Origin: Camelus ferus
Taxonomy: Eukaryota
Assembly: GCF_009834535.1 (NCBI RefSeq)
Contig: NC_045707.1
Coordinates: forward strand, 63,056,001 to 63,120,000
Direction of reading: 5' to 3'
Length of the DNA: 64,000 nucleotides
Shown here: positions 13,301 through 25,750 of the stretch, in pieces
How positions within the stretch are numbered: position 1 is the first letter of the stretch
How the letters are laid out: each line of letters starts with the position of its first letter
The notes under the pieces: generated by a model
The model's input: the letters and a program-made list of their open reading frames with translations, nothing else
Database searches by the model: none
Told to the model about the DNA's origin: nothing
Translations under genes and position numbers: made by a program

Positions 13301-14814
13301 GTCCTTGTCCTTTAGATGTATTAGCATAAATATACAGCATCTCCCTCACCAAATTTTTTTAGTGAACTATTACATTACCTTTGGAGTGTTTTAAGATAAT
13401 TTTTAAGGTTCCAGTTAAACAAATACAAGCAAACAAACCAAGCTGACTGGGTCTGTTACTTCAGCCACATTGAAAAGGAAATTTTGCCCTCCCCTTCACT
13501 GACTCAATTTAAGAAAATTAAAGTCAGCACCAACTACAGGATTGCATTATTGTTTCATTATTAAGCTGTCACCCAAAAAACACAGATTAAACTGTGTGTT
13601 TAATCTGATCCTCGCACATAGGTGTTGCTCAGTGAGGATCTTGTACCTGCCCTGCAGGAAGTCACTTGTATATGCTGGGGCATTTCATGTGGTTAGTTGG
13701 TTGCACAAATCTCAGGAGCCACAGGGTTAGTTTCATTTAGCATGTTTACTTACCAAGTTACGAAAGAAAGCAAAGTAGCGGAACATACAAATGATGACGG
13801 AGATAACAAAAGAATCTTAAAGTATTTGGCCCCTAATTTAATGATTTTACCACAAACAAATGGCACAGTTATCCAAATCAAAATGAACTGATCCCTTATA
13901 CACAATCTTTCTTTTGTAAGGGCATTATAATAGCAATGGGTGGTTCAAATGCACAAGTCAAAACAAAACAAAAAAAATCACTGTATTCCATAAATTAAAC
14001 ATCAATCCACGTGCCTTCCTTCCGTCTGGAACCTCCATCCAGCCACCTTACATACTCATACACACCTGCCCCCTCTCAGTCAGCCCTGTCATCCAACAAA
14101 GTCCGACTCATCCTTCGTGAAGAAGAACACGATTTTTTCAAGGCAGGCATGCCTCCTTCCCATGTGCTCACACCCTATCTCGTGCTTAGTTCTTGATTTC
14201 AAGTACAACTATTTGTCTCCAGAGCTGTATCTTCAACTACTTCGAGCTCCATCTCTTTTCTTTGCTTCCCAGCTACCAGCTGGTATTGAGAACTGCTCAG
14301 TAAAATGTTGTTAAACATATGAATTATTTAAAAAATAGAATTTTCCCAATAGCTCTGTTTTTAAATGTAGGGGGTGATACCGAGCTCAAACACACCCTGG
14401 ATAAATGATGGTAACGCAATGGTGTTATGTTCAATTTCAATAAAAATGCTAAGAATACTTGTGAACATGGGTAAACCCATAAAAGGGATCAAAAATAACT
14501 CTCAGTTCTAAGAAAAAACATGTGTCTGTAGCAAAACAAAACAAACAAATAATCAAACAAAAAACAAAAAGTTGAGACCACAATCTTTAAATAATATGTT
14601 TCACCTTTTTTCCCTCAAATGTATATATGATTGTGTATCTTAATAAAATTTTGTAGGTATTGATTTTGGGTAAATGTTTATGTTTCATAGCCTAATGTCG
14701 AGGTGGTAAAAAACAGGAAAAAAGTTTTTATAATATTTTTAAGTCTAATACAATAGATCTTAGAAGACAGCAAAAAAGGATAATCATTAGTAAATGTTTA
14801 AAAAATAAGAATGA

Positions 14815-14918
14815 TATGAAAACAAATATATGTATATATATGAATGACAAGGACATTATGCTGTACAGCAGAAACTGACACATTGTAACTGACTATACTT
14901 CCAATAAAAAAAAAAAAA
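14815..14918 (+). mobile_element. Very short 5'-truncated L1 3' end with poly(A)
   Basis: TGCTGTACAGCAGAAACTGACACATTGTAACTGACTATACTTCCAATAAAAAAAAAAAA; same family as the other young L1 tails in the window. Confidence 0.8.
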
Positions 14919-16167
14919 GAGGATGCTTTAGTTCTAGAGAAGACTGATGAAAGATTTAATCACTGATTTCACGTAGATGATGGACCCATTGAAAGACAAT
15001 AGCGATAAAATATTTTCCTTCTTAGCTCTGTACAAGACCGGAAATTATTGACTTAAAGAGAAAATGGGAAAATGCTATAGAGAAGGTGAAATATTAAGAC
15101 TAATGACTAAGCAACGCAGTGAAAGAGTTCCTTCACGGACTTTTAAAGCAGGAAAGCTATCTTTTGATCTGGAGTCAGTTCGATCCTGAATTTAAACCTA
15201 CGTAACGTTCGACAAGACAAATACCAGTTTGTTCCATAAACAGGTTACACTGTGTCTCTCTGTGTTCATTCTACGAGAAGTCCCTTTCTCTGCTGCACCT
15301 GGGTCGTCTCAGCTGCTCATATCAGAGACAAGCCCACTGTAGCATGTAAGAGAGCATCATCTGGACAAATTCTTCCCTAGTGCCTCACCATTCTGATAGG
15401 ACTCTCCCGAACACGGTGGCCAAAAATGGGAGAGGAATGATTCTAAATTGCCCAAAGCGTAAAAAGGAATGGGAACATCAAGGACCCTGGAAATACAGAC
15501 TCCTAAGAAGGTTTAAAAAACTGCAGTAAGAAGATCACTGACCTTTGATTTTTTTTTTTTACATTTAACATTCTTTTCATTAACATTAACAAGTGACATT
15601 TAGTATAATATTTTCATCAAAAGTAATTCTGTTAAATAATTTTAACCTCACATTATATATTAAAATACTGTATTGTGAAATTCTAAGATAAGATACACGT
15701 TTAAGGTTTCTGTCGAGGGCCACTAAAAGAGTAAAGGCTTTTTATAACCTTTTTGCTTTTAGCTTTTAATATTAACATTTGCTCTGCTAACTTTATTTAT
15801 ATCATACATTCACAATTGTTTTATGAATAAATACCACAACCTTTCTAAAGAACCTTAGAATTTGACCTACATTTAATTATTTGGCTCTCACGGGATAGCA
15901 AAGTCATCAAAATTCAAAATAAGGTGACAGCCTCTACATGAAGAAAAAGAGCCTGAATTAAGAAAATTGAAAACTGGATAAAACATTCCAAATAAAAATA
16001 TATTGTGGTTTTCATGCCATTGCTCCGTAAGCTGTGAACCCGAAACAAAGTCTTGCAGTGTTTTTTTTCCTTGTCTTGTTTTTCTCACTTGATAAATGGA
16101 ATGCATCCACTGAGAATCTGAAGGCAGTATAAATCATATCAGAAATACAGGATTTGGTTCAACTTAC

Positions 16168-16275
16168 CTGTTCCTGTTGCTGGAAATCCAATCTGAAATA
16201 AGTGTTGATGCCTGTTGATGACAGTGCTTGTTGCCAAAACTACATGCCAGCATTATAACTTCTCTACGTAGTTCT
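16168..16275 (-). CDS. TRHDE: TRHDE coding exon (108 nt, probable exon 15): (E)ELRREVIMLACSFGNKHCHQQASTLISDWISSNRN(R)
   Basis: Boundaries ggtccctag|AGAACTACGT...AACAG|gtaagt. Carries the conserved LACxxGxxxC cysteine pair. Phase 2/2. I did not see the next expected exon (IPLNVRDIVYC...) in 1-16167. Confidence 0.95.
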
Positions 16276-16735
16276 CTAGGGACCACCAGAAGGAAAAGAG
16301 AAATTAGCAAGCAGTGCTAATATCTGGAGAGAAAAGGTAACCTGTTACACTGCATGACGGTAGATAAGTAAATAACTAGCACAAAAAGAGTTTTCAGATG
16401 TGGAAATTCTTTTTTTTTGCTGAGTAAGGAGACAATTAGGCAGAGTGACGTGATGCGTCAAAACATCTTCTCTGGAAAGAGTATTACACTGAGGGGTAAT
16501 CTCAACTTTACCAATAAAGGCAGATCTTCAGTTAAAACAGGAGAAGGAAAAGCCTTTGTTCTCAGTACCAGGTGGTGGAAACTGTGCTGCCCATCAGCAG
16601 TCCTCCCAGGAAAGGGAAATGGGAGATGCAGAATGAAAGAAAAATTGTCTCATGCTGCTAAAGTCACAATGGTTCTAGGGGTGCGTTATTGCCCAGTTTT
16701 GGGGGAAAGAAGCAAAGAAGAAAATAAAACCGTAC

Positions 16736-16833
16736 TCATGTTGGTAGGACGCTTGAACAAGAGATCCATTAAAATTGGTTTTTGGCCATCCGAGTTTGAT
16801 GTACGTTGTTGCAACTTGCTTTAAAATATATTC
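16736..16833 (-). CDS. TRHDE: TRHDE coding exon (98 nt, probable exon 14): EYILKQVATTYIKLGWPKTNFNGSLVQASYQH(E)
   Basis: Boundaries catttag|GAATATATT...CAACATGA|gtacgg. LGW motif. Phase 0/2. Confidence 0.94.
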
Positions 16834-18656
16834 CTAAATGGGGAGTAGGGGAAATAATGTCACTTTCAAATCTCTCCATACTGACAATTAAGGTTGAAGT
16901 AAAATTAAAGTATTTTCCAAGTGAACCTACTTTGAAATATCAGTAAAATTATGGAATGGGAAGGTATAATTTTATTCTTTTACTTAGTATTTCAAATACA
17001 GAATATAAATATAAAATACTCTTTACTTCCTATTGAATGATTAAGTAATTTGCACTATTAGATATTTGAGATGACAATTTTTGTAGCAAAACAGGGGAAC
17101 TGAGGAATATTGATGACTCCATGTATACAAAAATACAAATGCATGTAGATATTGCTTATGAAAGTAAGCACCTAATATTTACTCCTTTTATGTCAACAGA
17201 GCATATTTAATGCAGAACTGTTAATGCAGGTCCAGCCAACAACCTAGTCTTGTTGAACCTGACCTACACAGAACACTGTTCAGTAAAATGATATGGTACT
17301 TCAAAGGCAAAAATCCATTCCACTAATGATATATTTAAATATCAATAGCAATGGAAGTTATGTTCTCACTTGAATGTGGTCCTTGAATTTTCTCAAAGGA
17401 ACGAAAGCCCTAAAATTACAGTAAAAGCAAGTCTTAACTTTTACTGAAATTGAGGTGTCTGACGTGGTACACTATTCTGAACTACAAATATATACAAAAA
17501 TGTATTTTACTTTTATAGACGTTTAATATTGCATGTCTCTGTATTAAGGAGAAAAGAGAAGGGTAGTAAGCCTTTCACTAGCAGATGAAAATTATACCAC
17601 AAATGTAATGGCATATTTCTTTGCATGTCTGTTGTAAGGGCTTAGACAAAATTAACAAGAAGCCAGGATTATTCCCATTAAAAAAAAATTAAAACAGAGG
17701 TGCTTTCATGTAGGCTTAGGATAAGAGAAAAAGAAGCCACTCTGATGGCCGTCACACAGTTTGAATGACCTTAATAAACAGATTTCACGTCATGGCAAGC
17801 TCGTCTTGAGTCATTTCGAATGTGCAGGTTAATCAGCAGAGCCAGTGTGTCGTAAGCAATAGGGTGATTTTATAAGACACAGGGCAGAGTCTTAAAATAA
17901 CTAAAGGAAAATAAATCACGCTCAAAGGTGACAGAAGCTACAGAGACATATTCCCACAGGCAAAGCTTCCCTGGTGATAAGAAATTTTGGAATCAAAAGC
18001 TCATTAACAGTACTTAATCCTAATCTTAAATCAGAATGGTTATTGCATTCGATTAGGTGGTGACAGCAGTACAAATGGGGTTTTCCAGGCTTGGAGCTTC
18101 GGAAGTCTGGTCAGGTAACATTTTGGAATGTCTGTCATGTCTTCAGGTCTATTTGGATTATGTGCTGTTTGCGCCCCTGTATCCCCTTGGACCCAATTAT
18201 GAATGGGCTTTTGCCTCAATGTTGATCTTATCCTGGTTAATTAAGGAGGTGAATTGACTATGCCCTTTTGGATAAAAATAATGACTAAGAATTTTTTACT
18301 GAAACTGCCTACGTTCTGTGAAGAGCTCCGGGACCCCTCTCCCCAGGTTAAGTCCTTTGTGAACACAGAGCCCTTTAACTCTTGGAAAGTAAGTTTCAAC
18401 TTCAAGGATTTGCCGCGTGTGTTTGTGCTTAAATTCTGAGGCACTTACGCCTAATTGACACTTTTAAGCCAGAACAAAAAGTAGCATGTATTTAAGTTCT
18501 TCCTCAAGAAACTGTCATTGGTGTTGCACAGCAAATCAGGACAAGATGACAACACAAATTAGAAGGAACTAAAAAAATTCAGGATGAGTTCACCATAGTG
18601 GATGAGAAAATTGCTTATCTTCTGAAAATAAGAAAGAAGAAAAGATATCTTTTTAC

Positions 18657-18804
18657 ATTGAAGACATTGTATTTCTCCACGCGGTCCAGTAATTTATCCA
18701 GAGGATAGAGAGCTCGGCTGGCAGCGTGCCAAGGAAGAAAATCCTTCTCCTCAGACAAGTATCTGATAACCTCCAGGGGGATATTCTGAGGCAAGTAGCC
18801 AGCT
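18657..18804 (-). CDS. TRHDE: TRHDE coding exon (148 nt, probable exon 13): (R)AGYLPQNIPLEVIRYLSEEKDFLPWHAASRALYPLDKLLDRVEKYNVFN
   Basis: Lies within ORF 18615..18812. Boundaries gtgcag|AGCTGGC...TTCAAT|gtaaaa. YLxxExxxxPW motif. Phase 2/0, following a 29,008-nt intron. Confidence 0.95.
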
Positions 18805-21359
18805 CTGCACATTCAAAAAAGTTAACGTTAATCATATGCAGAAGAGATACATGATGATGCAAAAACGAAGATTTTACTTATGCAAATAAAAGGGAGAAAG
18901 CAAGACACATCACAGTATGTAAATAAGTCATACTCAGTACTATAAAAATAAAATGACTGACTTTTTAAATACAGCACTACTTAGGATGCCAATGCCCCCT
19001 ACTACATAGAGTTGGAGAGTTAAGAATTTAAATGAACACGAAAATATCAGAATGCATACTTTTAAAAAGGAAGGAAACGCGTAATTTGAGTAAAATCAAC
19101 GTGAGGTATTTTCCTTCACAGAAACTCTTCAGAGGTCACAAGGAATTGAAAATAATTGATTACTGAAATGAAATTCCGGTTTCTCAGTGCATCCTCTTTA
19201 CTTTTCATGTAGCCCTGTGTAATGATATTTAAGCCAGGTTGTTTTCAAAAGGATGACCAAATTAAAGTAGCAAGTTACAGTTTTGACTGTATCTATGTTA
19301 CATTAGCATACAAGTATTTTTCAAACCTGCCTGTTTAAAAAAAAATGCTTTTTACAACACCTATGAAAATCAGAGTTAGATTTTCAGAGTTTAAATTACA
19401 AAAAAAATGTTAAAAGAATAGAGTCTTCCCATTTATTATTTTCCTTCCAAAATAGATGCCAAGTCACTTTGGGGACCAATGTTGGATTCTTTAGAAAAAT
19501 ATGGAACTGTAGCTTTTAAAAATTATTTGAACACATGCTGCCCACATTTGAAGAGGATATATCCAAAAAAGGATCCAAAAAGAAGTGTGTATCTTTACTC
19601 TCCAGTAGACTGCACGTAAAATCCTTGCAAATCAAAGCAATATAAATGACAACACACAGTACATTAAAAGATAGTTGTAGCCTTGATGGCCTGATGCATA
19701 TATATAGAGTGACACTATGTATTTTGCTGGATATTTTTTTTTACATTAGTAATCAATTGAATGTAGAATTTTAACACAGGACAGGTAAATAGGAAAGCAA
19801 CCAAAGCCTGGTTATCCCCTTTACCTACATTTCACACCATTTTTCTTTCGTGGCATCACAAAATTAGACGGACCTTTTTATTTGTGTTTGGTAGTAGGTG
19901 GACAGAGAGGGAGCAAAGCCCTTTTCCATCTTCACTTCGAATGAGTGTGCCAGATTTTTAGTCTTTACTCAATGTGATAAGCAAAAGCTACTCTATAGAT
20001 GAACAGTAACTTGCAGCTCTATTTATAATGCTCATAATAAAGACCAATTCTGAAGATTGTGCTTCAGTTTTCTTTTCTTTGAATTTAATAAATAAATGTT
20101 TATCACTCTAATGATTTTGGTTCACTCCTGGCATAAGATTAACCACAGTTAATGTCTTATGTAAATAAGATTGATGAGAATAACCCCAAATTTCCACAAA
20201 TCCACAAAATTCCCTAAATTTGTATGATTTAAACTCCATCTAGATTTGTGCCACTTTCTTGAACAGCTTCCATTCTATTCACCCTTACAAAAATAGCATG
20301 AGATTAGGCTAGGGTACTAGCAATTAAATAAGAAATTTCATTCTTTGCCAATGTAGCATCATAATAAAACAGTTAAATTTTGCTTATAAGGGTCTGTTAC
20401 CCCCTGAAAAAGCAACATAATTTTTTATAAGAATAACGATTTGGTTTTCTTCCTTAAAAGTAACATCGCTTCCAATATTTTAGATTTCATAATTTGTCTC
20501 CCCTGAGCTTTGAATTCTAAATATTAGAATTAAATTAGCATGGTGATCATAAATTTGCCTCCTCTAAAATTACGTAATCTTCATGCCATAAATTATGTAA
20601 CTTTAGGGTTGAAGATTCATCTAGAAGCCATTATTCTTTTGTCAGGGAAATAAGAAAAACAATGTATTAAAAAAGGAACTGTTAGTAAGTAGTTGATTTA
20701 TGATGGCCCTTCAAGTAAGTTGGGAAAACCAGGGAAGGTGTTTCGGTCTATCTACTCACAGATTTAAACAGACTACCTTATGTCAGTTACAACGTACTGC
20801 GTTTTATTTCATATCTATAAACAGACGGACATCTTTCAATGACTTACGGTTTTGTGAGCAATATGACTACTAAAAAAATATGACAAATAATGTTATGAAA
20901 AGATACTTGAGCCTGAGAATGAGTCTGACACTGAGAAAGAGCTTGGAACCATAAATCTCCCTGTACAATTAGAGAAATTTCTCTCTCCCAGCCCCACACC
21001 CCTTATCCCTGAAATAAGAGAGATGACCTGGAGATATCTTTCCTAGCTCCAAAGCCCTTTCACTCTAACCTACTTATCTAAAAGTTAGCCTGCTGAAAAA
21101 TTATTTCCACAATATACGCATCATTTATTTGTTTAAAAATTTGAAAAAAACATTTTGTAACGTTTATAGTTCCCATTCTTCAACTGTTTGACACATATAA
21201 GTCTCTTTAGAAGTCAGAGCTCGGGTCTAGTTTTTATAAGCCATCTGACATAGTATAAGGAAATTGAAGCAAAGCAAACCTAATAGAAGTTCCAAATAAT
21301 GACAAGGAGATTAAAGAGACGTACTCGTTAAAGTGGAGCAAGTTCTGTCTTGAGTTCTT

Positions 21360-21750
21360 ACGGCAAAAATTGCTAACTGCTCTCAAAAATCCACGTTCTC
21401 TGCTTCCTAGGATACATTGTAATTCCCATTTCCTTGGTCGCTCCTTGTGGTCATGTGACCAAGCTCTTGCCTACAGATATGAGGGTTCTTCATTGTCGGG
21501 GTTAGTCCATAGATGTCTTTCATGAGCTCCTCCATGTTCCTTTTCTCTGAAAGAAATCTTCCAGGGTCACCTTGCATTGAACCCTTGTATTGAATATGTC
21601 AGAAACCCACCTGGGTCTCCGGATGACTGGGTGCCCTTGTACCAGTTCTCACACCCAGTGCTGGTATGTGAGCACAAAATATGCTTCTGTTATTGCTTTT
21701 GATCCAAACACGTTTGAATATATTTTTAAAGCAGTTGACCTTCCCTAATG
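21360..21750 (+). mobile_element. Old MaLR LTR (MLT1I/J/K-like)
   Basis: TGTGGTCATGTGACCAAGCTCTTGCC..., CCTGGGTCTCCGGATGACTG and a TGTGAG...AAAATATGCTTCTG end resemble late MLT1 consensus text. Confidence 0.55.
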
Positions 21751-22448
21751 CGGTCCTCAAATAAAATAAGAAACAGATTACACTCAAATTGCCCTCATTT
21801 TACGTTGTTACAAACGTATGTACGTAATTACCTACTACATAATTCAGTGTGCTTGCCTTTTGCCTACTAGATCAAAATATGTAGCTATCCTCAATTGGAT
21901 AAGAGGATAATCAGCTCCTTCATTACAAAATTAGGACTTGTAAGAGATAATGTTGGTGAATAAGTTACCTAGTTTAGATATGCGTTTGTGTAATTGGCTG
22001 GTAATGATATCTGTGATTACTGCTACTGATAATGCAGTCAGTACAGGGGAAGCGTGTGGAATCCAATGAATGGAACACTATATTAGCTTGGAGTAATCAG
22101 CCCAGGAGGGCGCATGCTTAGGGTCCTGACACTGAAATGCAATTTCCTTAAATTTGCATCACCGTAGGGAAATGCTGAGAACAAAATGGGGGGAGGGGGA
22201 GATTTCGCAAATTTAAAGAATTTTTCATGTATAACTAAACACGTTTTATTACTCTTTTAGGAAAAAGTTGTACATAATATTTATCTTCTCTACTGTGTGG
22301 TGGGGGTTGGCATAAGAAATGAGTTAGAAATCAAAGAGAGGAAAAGAGGGAAGAGAGGCCAATGAGGGAAGTAAAGAAATGGATAAAAGACTGCCTGTAT
22401 GCAGCTGTACCATTCTTCCGTCTCGGCCCCACCCCCTCACCGCCCAAC

Positions 22449-22452
<4 letters not shown>

Positions 22453-22498
<46 letters not shown>
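22453..22498 (+). repeat. (AC)23 microsatellite
   Basis: Perfect AC dinucleotide run; produces the spurious HTHT/CVCV ORFs. Confidence 0.97.
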
Positions 22499-22500
<2 letters not shown>

Positions 22501-23225
22501 CCTCCCCTCCTCCTCCTCCAATTTACTGGAGCTTGCAATGAAACATAACCTTAGATATACAAGAGAATGTTTTTCTATGAAAAGGAGATTAAAACCAGAC
22601 TGTATTAACTGATGTTAAAATGCACTGACCTTAGCTGGCTTCGTTTTCAACTATGGATCCAAAACTACTTTTTAAAAGCTGTTTGTTCTGTTGAATTCCT
22701 GTGACTGTTAACTCTTGAATCTACTAAGATGAGTATCTTGGATACAAATAACCTATTTTACCATGAGTTTTCTTTAAAAGCAATTGGTTTCTGGGTGCTT
22801 AAAACTTAGGAAAAAATAAAAAGCACAATCTTCAGAGCATCATACTCCAGTCTTCATTAATTGAATATTCATTTAAGACCTGAAAATAGCTTACTACATA
22901 TTTCATCATATATGCAGAAGACACTGGAACTGCCCCTCAGGGTGCGGATTTTTAAAGCAAGCACTGAAATGCTTAATTTAAAAGTTTACTATTTTTATCC
23001 TTTGTTATCGATAATTAAAAGACTTTTATGTGCTCCTCTGTGGGAGGATCCTATGGTGGGGACTGAAAACTCCACTAGTCCTCGGAGTACCACAGAATAA
23101 AAAAGGGAACTACACAGGGGACGTGTCTGTGTCAACCACGGGCCCATCTGGTCAGTTCCCAGAGAAAATAAAGATATGATTCCGGTATTGTCAAACTGTT
23201 GTTTGCGGAAATGAAAAAGAAGTTA

Positions 23226-23522
23226 CAGCCGGCTCTCCACATCCACGGGTTCTGCTCAGTGGAGTCAACCCACTGTATACTCAGAAAAAAATTCCAAAAT
23301 TCCAGAAAGCTCCAAAAAACGAAACTTGAATTTGCCACATGCTGGCAAATATTTATGTAGCATTTAAATTGTATTAGGCATTATAAGTAATCTAGAGATG
23401 ATTTAAAGTATATTGGAGGATGTTCGTAGGTTATATGCAAATATTATGCCATTTTATATAAGGGACCCGAGCATCAGAGGACTTTGGCATCTGTGGGGGT
23501 CTTGGATACCAAGGGATGGCTG
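23226..23522 (-). mobile_element. MER2/MER2B (TcMar-Tigger non-autonomous DNA transposon), full length
   Basis: Imperfect TIRs CAGCCGGCTCTCCACATCC / GGATACCAAGGGATGGCTG flanked by TA (23224-23225, 23523-23524). Internal TATTAGGCATTATAAGTAATCTAGAGATGATTTAAAGTATA is MER2 core text. Confidence 0.88.
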
Positions 23523-23552
23523 TACTTACCTGTAGTCCAATAAAATTAGGAA

Positions 23553-23819
23553 TATGAAACAATCTTATGGTTACTGGGGGAAGGGGTGGGAAGGGATAAA
23601 TTTGTGAGTTTGAGATATTCAATTGTTAATCACTATATATAAAAATAGATAAAAAAACAAATTTCTTTTATATAGCACAGGGAACCATGTTCAATATCTT
23701 ATAATAACCTTTAATGAAAAAATATGAAAATGAATATATGTATGTATATGCATGACTGAGACACTGGGCTGTACACCAGAAATTGACACATTGTAATCGA
23801 CTGTACTTCAATGAAAAAA
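23553..23819 (+). mobile_element. 5'-truncated L1 3'UTR with poly(A) and TSD
   Basis: G-rich tract and L1 tail; TSD aaaattaggaa at 23542-23552 and 23820-23830. Confidence 0.88.
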
Positions 23820-25374
23820 AAAATTAGGAACAGGAAAGTTGCACAAAAAGGAGTTATCATAAGTCCCTTCTCCTCCTGCTCCTTTTCTTCCAGGAAACCC
23901 TCTCCCAAAACTGACTTAGGCACCTATTTTCTGACCTCACCTAACACTGGGATGACACCCCCTATTCAAAATAATTATCATGACATCAATCAGAATTTTA
24001 TCATAATACTGTCTTTCTTACTCACTGGACTTAGATCTTTAAAGAAATGAAGCATGCTATTTACCCATCTTTTTATCCTGATTGCCTAATGCAGAATCTA
24101 GTACAAAACAGGCACTCAAAAAGGGTTCCTCCAACTCAAGTAAACTATGGCAATAATATCATAATTCTTCAAAATAGGAACACTTTCCAAGGATACTCAA
24201 ACTTAAACACAGCCATATTTTTTAATTAAGCATTTTCTAAAGATAAAAGATACCAGGAGGAAGGGAAAATTCTATTGGAGTGATTTTTGTAGGTTTTTTT
24301 TTTTTTTTTTGCTCATCTTGTTTATTAATGATACACATGACAGAAGACAGGAAGGCCATCACTATCCAGCCAATAGCTTTGAATAAATATTTATACCAAA
24401 ATAAAACAGCTTTATAGCCAGTGGAAAAGCAGAGCCATTATACAAACATCTCTGTTCTTTTTTCTCTGATAAATAAATGACTCTCTTACTCTGAGTAGTA
24501 ACAGTGTTATTTTATATCGTGCATTTAAATAAATTGATGGAGGGGTTGAAAATCTCTTTCTCGCAGTCAGTAAATTGACAAAGATGAACTATGTGATCTC
24601 TAAGATCCCTTCTTCAGTAAACATTTAATAATTAAGAATAAAACATCCAGAAAAAGTTTTTGCAACTTGTATAGTTTCACTACCACCACCAGAACTATTC
24701 TTTCTTCTCCACACACTTTTATTTCCAAACGTAATTTCTCAAGAAATCAGCTACCATCTAAATACAGAGGGTCCTCTGGGCACTCAATAATGTTAAGAAG
24801 CAAAGTCAATGTCTGGCCATTAATTTGAAAAGTTAACAGATGTTAGTTATTTTCCCCCAAATAAAAAAGTCCTTAGCTTTATAGCCAAACTCAACAAATT
24901 CATTTTATTTTATTTTTTTTAGAAAACTATCAACTATTTTAAGCTATCCCATTTTGAAGAAATTACTGTGTTCCACCTACAATGTTATGGGAAAATGGTC
25001 TAAGTTTGTTTCAATTTACTATCCTTTTAAGCTTCAAGATCAGTACTGTTATGCCTTTTTTTTTTTTTTCAGATAAAGAAGCTACAGTTAACAGAAGATA
25101 AGCACCTTGCCAAGCTCACTTGTCTAATAAATGACAGAGCTATAATTCAAAGCCAGGACTGACAAGAAAGCTTCCACTGGTTCCCCAACATGAGGCTGCC
25201 CCCCCAAATGCCAATCTGAAGTAGTTAACAGGTTTTCTTTCCCCCTTCCTGTCACATCCATTTACATCTCACAATCATAGCACTCGTCACCTTAAACCTA
25301 ACACACAAATAAATACCTAATGGAATCTCAGGTGCTGCAAAGGAAAAGTAAGCTATATCAGGGAAAGCAGAATT

Positions 25375-25750
25375 ACAGGGGAACAATTTAAACAGGGTAC
25401 TTAGGGAAGGCCTTCCTGAAGACAGCTGGATGAAGTGAGAGAACAAGATGAGGGAATCTGGTGGGAGGGAATTCTGACTGAGGAAACAGCAAGTGCAAAG
25501 GTCCTGAGACAGAAACTAATATGGGATCTTGGAAGAATAATAAAAAGAACCTTGTAGCTGGAGTGGAGGAAGTCTGAGACAAAGTAGGGGAATGCAGTTG
25601 CAGAAGTTGAGGGTGCTAGATCACGGGAGATGCAAACAATAAGGACATCAGATTGTTTTTCTGTGGGGGATGGAAAGCCACTGCAGGTTTTTGAGCTTGG
25701 AAATGACATGACCTGATTTATTCTCTAAAAAGGTGACTCTGGCTAGAACA
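25375..25750 (-). mobile_element. L2 fragment
   Basis: AGGGAAGGCCTTCCTGA...GAGGAAACAGCAAGTGCAAAGGTCCTGAG...GATGGAAAGCCACTGCAGGTTTTTGAGC...ATGACATGACCTGATT. Explains ORFs at 25252-25709. Confidence 0.8.

Noticed and set aside
16417..16824. Longest ORF in the track (135 aa, + strand), antisense to exon 14
   Set aside because: Starts at TTG, has no recognisable domain, and overlaps a real exon on the opposite strand. Best explained as a shadow ORF.
22324..22612. ORFs with CVCVCV / HTHTHT repeats
   Set aside because: Translations of the (AC)n microsatellite.
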